Shown here: positions 56,066-64,000 of the stretch, piece after piece
Numbering within the stretch: position 1 is the stretch's first letter
How the letters are laid out: every line of letters begins with the position of its first letter
Assembly (NCBI GenBank): GCA_973895155.1
Contig: OZ316898.1
Location: forward strand, 16,916,752 to 16,980,751
Direction: 5' to 3'
Length of the DNA: 64,000 nt
Origin: Marsupella aquatica
Lineage: Eukaryota > Plantae > Marchantiophyta
Made by a program: the position numbers and the translations under genes
Notes under the pieces: model-generated
What the model was told of the DNA's origin: nothing
Seen by the model: the letters and a program-made list of their open reading frames with translations, nothing else
Databases searched by the model: none

Positions 56066-56700
56066 ATGTGTCACTGTGAAATTAGTTTACTAGTCTCATT
56101 ACCCATTCCTTGGATGTAACTAGAGGAGAGAAAAACCATAAAAAGGTTCCCCCTGTTTTCGTTTGCACCTTCACTTTAGTGTTAGCATCTAATTAGTTCA
56201 CTGTAGGATCCCCCCTGTTTTTCGTATGCACCTTCACTTTAGTGTTAGCATCTAATTAGTTTCCCTCTGAAATTAGTTTAACTAGCCTGATTACCCTTTA
56301 CTTAGACCTAACTAGAGGCAAAAATAATAATTTAAGAATCCCTGCTATTTTCATCTATGCCCTCATCCATGGTTTTGGTATGCACCCTCACTTTATTGTT
56401 AGTATCAATTCGTGCCACTGTGAAATTAGTTTAACTAGCCTGATTACCGGTTCCTTAGATGCAACTAGAGGGAAAAAAATATCAAGGATCCCTGCTATTT
56501 TCATCTATGCGCCCCATCCCTGTTTTTCGTGTGCACCCTCACTTTGGTGTCTGCATCTAATTAGTGTCACTGTGAGATTCGTTTACTTGCCTGATTACCC
56601 GTTACTTGGATGTAACTAGAGGAGAAAAAAAACTGTAAATGGATCCCTGTTTCATCTTTGCCCTATCCCTGTTTTTAGCATGCATCCCCACTTTAAGTTA
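56066..56700. repeat. ~4 diverged tandem units of 150-200 bp immediately upstream of the IPMDH start
   Basis: Recurrent CACTGTGAAATTAGTTTA..CTGATTACC..TTGGATGTAACTAGAGG and TGCACC(T/C)TCACTTT..TGTTAGCATCTAATTAGT; units start near 56068, 56265, 56415 and 56565. Confidence 0.85.
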
Positions 56701-58725
56701 TGTCCTCACTTAGAGTCTAGAGGCTTCACCCTAGACATGTAACTTTGGATTGTGCTTTATTAGTTAGATTATCAATAAGAAGGGAATACACATCAGCCTC
56801 TCTCCAAGTGCACATTCCATAAGTGCAATACCTGGCTAACTGCAAGGAATCCAGTTCTTCCCCATTTTCACATCAAACATTGTTGGTGCCTTCTGTTAGT
56901 GTAAACAAGCATGAAATTTTCTTGTTAACCTCACAATCTCATCAAATTTTGCTTACACATAAGTGCATGGCATGTTTTAGTAGAGTAGAAATTTGATAAT
57001 TGCACATTCAACAAAGAGATGCAAACATATGCTCTTATCCATAAGTTCCCCCAAACTGAAAACTCCCTCTGGACCACCATGTTTGACAAGATGCTCAGGT
57101 AGACCACTACAGGCCACAAAGTCCATTGTTTTTGGAGTTGAAAAGTGTTGTCATAGTAATCCCAAGTCAAACATGCAGTCCATCCAAGCATTCATGTATG
57201 TTTTTAATTACTTAATCGTAGACAAACTGGAATACTTGTATAATTCAACTTTGTTGGGTCGGGGAAAGTATTATCTGACTTAATGGTTGCAATTTGACAG
57301 ATATATTGTTAACAACAAATATTAACTTTTGTTGGAAAGTGATTCGCTTAAAGTATGCACTCATGCCAACAGCATCAGTTCATGATAGTGTGGATAGAGG
57401 TAAAGGAGTAGAGTAAGCTCTCTTTGCTGATGGTGGAGAGATATGCCCCACAAGCACAAGTATGTCCTCTATATTTGAGAGTTGAGACCCCATTTGATAT
57501 GAAATGATCCAGAAACCAATCCTCTTAACAGGGTTCAACGAAGGCTTGCTCATGTCACTCCTCCATCACTTGCATAGGCAGGTAAGTAGCATTAGTGGTC
57601 TACAACTCACACAACTAGTCCACAGGTCCCCTGCCCTCCACTTGTTAAGAATTGCTAATTTTCACATCCATGCCCATTTCCCTCATCCCTTCCACAGTGA
57701 AAGTTTCTGAGATGTGACCTTCCCTCCTCTCTTCCACAGTGGAAATTTGTGACTAAGTTCATTGCAATTCATGTGACCTTAACCTGTTCCAGAAGTTAGC
57801 AGGGTGCTCCTTAATTTGGAACCCACACTAATTGCCATAGTCTGTATCATCTAAGAGATCTCACGAAGTCCTTTTGACACCCACACTAAATGCCAGTCTG
57901 TTTCACTTGGGAGATATCACAAAGTCTTTTGAATACTTTCAACACAGACCCGAATACCCGTGCTTATGAACAAGAAGTGTTCCCTGTACCCAGATTACCA
58001 GTGCCTGTCCCTAGTCACAAGTGTAGTCTGAATACCAAAATTTTATATTACCAGAGAAATTACAGCCTATGGCATTTTCCAGAGTAGGTTATACAAGGTA
58101 GACTTAGATCCCAAACTATAGTACAGATCTTCTCACGAGGTTCCTCCCTAATGTGATGACCCACCAAAGGGATTCATTTGCCAAATGTTAGCTGCGATAT
58201 TCATAACCGTGTGTAAAGGTAATCCTGGCCTACTACTGTCCCCGGGAATATTAAGGTTTTGAACCTTAATAGCAGGGAAGTTCCTCTCAGAGACAAAAAA
58301 AAACGTTGAGATTGTTTGATTGAACTACTGTAGTAGGTGAATTGCTGAATTCTGTCATTCCTCCGAGTCTCACATCGGACACCTTGGATCACATCTCGGG
58401 CCTTCGAGGCAGTAAATGACATATCTGTGATGAAGTCATGGTTGTTACAGATACTGATAGCAATACATCACCTCCTTATATGGACACCATCTCTAGATAT
58501 GACCCATCTTACAGCAGATAAGACCACTTCGCCAATCCTTTAACGTTTGCAAGTGGCTAAATCTCTAATGCAATCATTCTCTTCACCAATACAATTTCCT
58601 CACAGAAAACTTAAACTGAAGTAATCAGTACCTATCCACTACGTGATTACCAGAATTCCTCAAAAGTTTTCATGCAGTGATCACATCTGGCTTGTGTATT
58701 TTAAGTCATTACGTTCGGAAGGTGA

Positions 58726-61700
58726 TTATGTGTATTTCTTATCGTAGTTGTCAATATGGATGGGCGTGATGTCGTCCGCAACTTTGAAGCCTCCAATTAA
58801 GCGGGCAAAAAAGGTCATTTCCTGCTCGAGGGCGTTCTTGATATTCTCAGCCTGAACAGCAATAGTATACAATCGTATCAAGACATTCACATAGTTGAGT
58901 AACCAAGCGTTCGTTTTTGAGTTTGCTAGCAGTGTATATAATTCTGAAAAGTGAGAGCTAACTGTATATACGAAGCACAAGGAATGGCTATGTAGGAAGA
59001 GAAACCTTCAGGAATCCATGCTGTTCTCCTTCATACTCAATGAGGGCCACAGGGAGCCCCTTTGACTTAACAGCTTCATAGACGAGGCGAGCCTGATTTG
59101 GTGGGACAACCTGCCATCATACATCAGCTTCTTAGAAATGACAGGTTCTATAAATCAGTAAGCAGAATGAAACCTTCTTCTATTGGGGCTGAGGCTCTAG
59201 AACTTGACATTTGGTGAGATGTCCGCAGTCCCTTCCTTGCGCAAAGAATACCACGCAGATGCTACAACGGTAGTTACCTTGTCTTCAAGGCCCTGAAATA
59301 GGATTATGGGGCAAGACATCTTGTCCAAAAAGTTGATAGGAGATCGATTGTAAAGTGTCTCGCTATCATTCCCTGACAAACAAGAAGAAAGAATTATTAC
59401 TCCATCTAACCTGCCCTACCATAATACTTTGACAGTGAAATTTGCCCATCGTAAGTTATTAGTAAATGGAAGTATTGCCTGAACATCACTTCAGTTTAAA
59501 GTCCAAGTTAGCATTACATCCATCTATCGATAGGCCACTCAACTCTTGAAGAAAGGACACGTACCAATCAGAGATACAAGGTAGCGTGACTCAAACTTGT
59601 GAGTTTCGGTTACAAACACTGTTAGGTCACTCAGCTGTGAAACACATCGTCCGAGTAATTTCTCATTAGTATTTCTGATCAATTACGAGGCCATCCTTAA
59701 TGTTATCAACATTTAGATCATGACAAGATTTGATTTTAGTGCATAAGGCAAGACCGGCTTGAACAGAATTTGATGAACTTTGGCAATCCTTAACTATGCT
59801 CGGTTTGTTGACTTGTCGAGGACAGCTGACAATGGTCTTGTAGTACGAAACAAGAGGACAGGAAGGCAATATAGCAAAGATGCATGACAATCCACGAAGC
59901 CAAACTCTTTCAGAACAATTTAGGACCAACAGGAAGATGGGTCCTGATGATACCCCATAAAGAGATGCTCCAGCAGTAAAAGTGTCAGAAAACACGAGGG
60001 CAGCCATGGTGGTGTAACCCCCAGCCGAACGACCATCGATACAGAGTCGCTTTGAATCCACTTTCCCCTCTCTGGCCTACGCTTGACCCACACGAGAAAA
60101 TTAGATCAGAAACAAAATTATGAATTCCTCTGACAACGTCCAAGAGTACCTGATAGAGATAAAGTAAAATCACCAAAATTGAAACTGACGGTTGACGATG
60201 TACTCACCAGAAATTCAGCACAGCTTGAGCAATCGTTTACATCCACAACACCCCAGGAGTTAAAAAGCCTCTCTCGAAATGCACGACCATAGCCTTCAGC
60301 ATGATTACACCATACACTTGTGAGCCATTGCTACATGACAGAGTTAACCAAGACTCATCGATAAGCCACGAATCGCATGTAGAACTTCAATATGAATTGG
60401 ACTAAAGCTTCACAAATTCTGCAGTCGATCCATTTTCTACCTCATTGCAGATGTCAAAGATTCGAGTCACAGTAGGAAGAGGTCACTGACAAGAAGGCTA
60501 GTAACGCACCCGTACTGCCTCCATAGTTTACATCAGCAAATGCCCAGCCTCGACTGGTCCAATATTGAATAGCAAAGTCCAGCGTGGTCTTGGCTTCTGA
60601 AGTTGGACCTCCTAGTATACCAACCCAAACGTCCAAACATAAGAAACCCCAAAGGGATGTCGCACAGTTTCACTTGGATCGTTAGTGAAAAGAAATCTAT
60701 TTCAAAGAGCTGTGACAGAACCAACATTCTCAAAGTCATCCTCAAGACTCTTTTTTGCATCTACAATTTTAGAAAAATCAAGAGATCAGCAGGACTCATA
60801 ACCATATACGTTCTCAATGCAGTAGAGTCTTAACTAATACTTTATTTCTGGATGGCATACCATGACTTCGCACCAGCAGAGGCGGTTTTTCTCCCGACGG
60901 GGCTTTGAAATCGCCATTAGTAGGTGCATAGAAATTAGCAAAAGCTGTCTGTCCTTCAACCTTGGTTTGAAACTCAATAACTTCAGGAACACTGACGTAA
61001 GATTTGTACTTTTCTGTATCCACAGATAGGGAGGACCAGAGAACAGAATATTCATGCTCCCCCTTATCATTCTTCAGTAGATTGATCTGTATCCACAAAA
61101 AGAGTATTATCAAAGTCCATTCCTACGGTACTAAACTGAAGTTAGAAACAAGAAAGGGCGTTCCGCCATTCCAGAGGGGCCAGGTGCCAAGCACTAATCA
61201 ACTGGTCGGTGAATCCAAAGAGGCAGCATGCGAGTGAACTTCACGTACATAGAAATGCTATGCGTCCTCAACAGACGAATGCTGGAGATGCTAGAATTTA
61301 TTCGCCAGTTTTAGTAGGCGAGGATAAGAAAAGAAAGCCACCAGGAGATAAATCCGTAAAAAGAGCCTTTCCAACTTCAGTATTACTCGCAAGCAGGGTA
61401 CGTTCTCACGTGTTGTTCTCTTTTCAATTGAGCAATGAATCCCAAAACAAGCTCAGTCAAGTTCAGAATAAGCGACTGCCACATGGCAACCAAAGTCTAG
61501 GTATCATCAAAAGATTGTGGAGAAATACCTTAACAATGGAGATAGGCTGAAAAGCGGAACCAGCAGAAATATAGACATGTTCGCCCTTGGTAGTCTGCAT
61601 CACATCATCTTTCATCAGGCAGCCCTTTCAGATCCCAAACAGAGAGCAAGCACACCTCGTTGCAAAGTAGAAACACAAAAACAAATTTCGAAATAGATTA

Positions 61701-63943
61701 GATTACCAGCCCAGTGATGTCGAAGAAGGGAGTTTCTATTTTAGAAAAGGATCTTGTCGAGAGATCCAGTAGTCCCAGGTAAGATATGCCCCGCTGCCTG
61801 CAAACATATAACATATCACATATAAATCAATAATTTGAACCACTTATAAATTTCGAGTTTGGCATCTCAAAGCTACCTCTTGTCTACAAATTGATTGTCC
61901 AATATTTATGACTTATGTGGGAAGGAAGCCCAGACTCAAACACATGGATCTTTAATCACCAGTAGGCTTGATATTAGATTATTGGCATTGACCGTGATGT
62001 CAAATTTAACCTGTATGTGAGAATAAGAGAATTTTCAAGAGCTCCTTCGCCAGATTGAACAAACGCGAACGAAGTGTTGCCAAAGTTCCACAACGGCCTT
62101 GTAAACTCTGCTTCCAATGGGTATAATGGCTCAACCTCCTTTTTGTGACTGATCTGTTGGGCAAGGCACAGATTTCTTCCAAATAAACGCTCGTACAAAT
62201 GTGAAGCGTGCAGAACTCATTGGAAAATTTCAGAATCCTTAGCAACTGGACAACGGTTGGCAGATATAATGTCCTTCTAAATCATTGGAGGAAATGGAAG
62301 ATAAGTGCGGAGGAAATCAAAGATAAGAAGTACCCAACGATACAAGTTCCAAAATCCACTGTTCCTATCTGACACAAAAAAGAGTTCCCCTGCACAAAAT
62401 ACCACAAGAGTATTCACACGTTATTCTACTCTGAATATCTAGGCGTCAAAAGACAAAAGGACAAAGAGGGCAAAGGTAGCAGATGAGAACAATGGGCATG
62501 GGAATTTGCGATTCCCCAAAAGAATCACAACTGAGCACCGTTGGAGAAAGATACCGCAGGCTCAGGTTGCGTTGCACATTTTTTAAGAAAAACTTCGAAT
62601 TATTCTCTGTAATAGCCAATTTTCATGTAATCAAAGCAAGGAGTACCGCAAGTGCACGCCCATGTTGGTCCTACTGAACTGGGCTTACCCTGTGGTGACC
62701 ATCTTGGCTCCGATGGTGCCTCTATTATATCTTCAATATCACCTGCCACGCAGACACGATTCACCACATCTCTGAACACCAAATGGCAAGAATTAGGGTG
62801 TGCGTGATCAAGTTTCCATCGATGTCAAAAGCACACGCCATGCCCATGTCAAGAGTGAGAATATGTGGACCCCTGTTGTCAAGAACCTTTTTCATCAGGC
62901 TCATGCTACTTGGAAATAAAAGAAAGAAGGGACGGAGGATTATGAGCAGTAGAATTGCACTCTGACCCGGAGCAAATGCATGTTTTCCATGGCACACGTT
63001 CAAGTCATGACATGGAAAATGTATAGCAAGGTTAACACTTACCCAGCTGGAGACATTTCGCCAGTCCAGAGCGTCGTACGATCCCATGGCATATTAGGGT
63101 GACTCCACTCAAGCCAAGCCAACTTTTTACCATCAGGGCTCAACCTTGGATAAGCATAAAAATCGTTGCCCTTCAGCAAAACCACCGGTTCTGCAAATGT
63201 CAATTTCGTGCCTTTAATTGATAAGAGAGATGTAAGCCATTAACATCATATACTAAAAGAAACTTGCTCTGTCTGGTCACCTCATGAATTCAGTTTCGTG
63301 CACAGATTCAGCGACAATGTTAAATAGCCTACAAGCTTAACAGGTCAATCCCCCAAACAGTTTTGCAATGTATAATCGGACAAAGAGTTAAGGAATTGCA
63401 AATCAACCAGAATTCGGATCGCCATTAAGTTGGATTGCCACAATTTCATTCACAGCTTCCTTCTCAGGCTGCCTGTGGTCTGGTGGTTTCAGTACAGTGC
63501 ATCACAACAACTTAGAAACCTTTCAACAATAAAAATGTGTCCCTATCCTTCCAGAGTACAACAAGTAGATTCAAGCAGAAGTTGAAAGACGTTGAAGCAC
63601 AACTCCGTCCTCCAACACTGGTTTTTGATTTTCATCCTGAAAGGATCATCTCATGAAAACCAGGCTAGCACCAAGAGAACAAAACCATTCCACAAAGCTC
63701 CAGTAGAATGCTTCGTAAGCATATCAGGTTCAGACAAGAGGAGAAATGAACATCCAAATCAACACGACAAGCCCACTTCTCGCATAGTTGCAGTTTTAAC
63801 GTTTTGTATTTCTTAAGTCAGAAAATGTAGGGATCAACCTTCTCGTACTGTGATGAAGCGGCCGCGTTGCTTGTCCAAAACACCATCAGCATACCGCACC
63901 ACTTTCCCATCATATTTTGGCGTCAGTGGAATAGGGGTCCGAT
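58726..63943 (-). CDS. S9 (prolyl oligopeptidase / acylaminoacyl-peptidase-like) serine peptidase, multi-exon, 5' end outside the window
   Basis: Spliced motifs [57 protein letters not shown], nucleophile [24 protein letters not shown] (Asp) and EGEQHGF (His). Last exons are 59278-59372, 59006-59110 and 58726-58851. Confidence 0.93.
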
Positions 63944-64000
63944 CTGTATAGATTTAGAGTAAGGTGGCACCACACAAGGTTTGAGGAATTGAGAACAAAC

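Overview
Eukaryotic, intron-rich land-plant DNA. A bryophyte such as a liverwort is an inference from gene and retroelement style. Conventional content: (i) a full-length L1-clade LINE on the minus strand (8046-20648, 13-bp TSD) with a Ty1/copia element nested in its ORF1 (13472-19121); (ii) a second, longer copy of the same copia family in the opposite orientation (40130-46645); (iii) an 11-exon plastid 3-isopropylmalate dehydrogenase gene (52024-55809, minus); (iv) the 3' part of an S9-family peptidase gene (58726 to beyond the window, minus); (v) an AT-rich MITE and several minisatellites. The unexplained and most interesting signal is a family of about 24 copies of a ~90-nt imperfect hairpin, consensus GACATTTGAACGAAAGTGGAGATCCTTGGGCTGGCCT-loop-AGGCCAGTCCAAGCCACTCCACTCTCNTNCARATGTC. 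They sit in two paralogous, convergently oriented arrays (62-4890 on +, 34128-37987 on -), each followed by a shared ~1.3-kb non-coding tail. The hairpins are better conserved than their spacers, show strand-polarised G:U pairs and a compensatory change, and have plant pre-miRNA geometry. This suggests a large polycistronic small-RNA locus whose sequence I do not recognise as any conserved miRNA family. All coordinates and copy counts were read by eye and may be off by a few bases.
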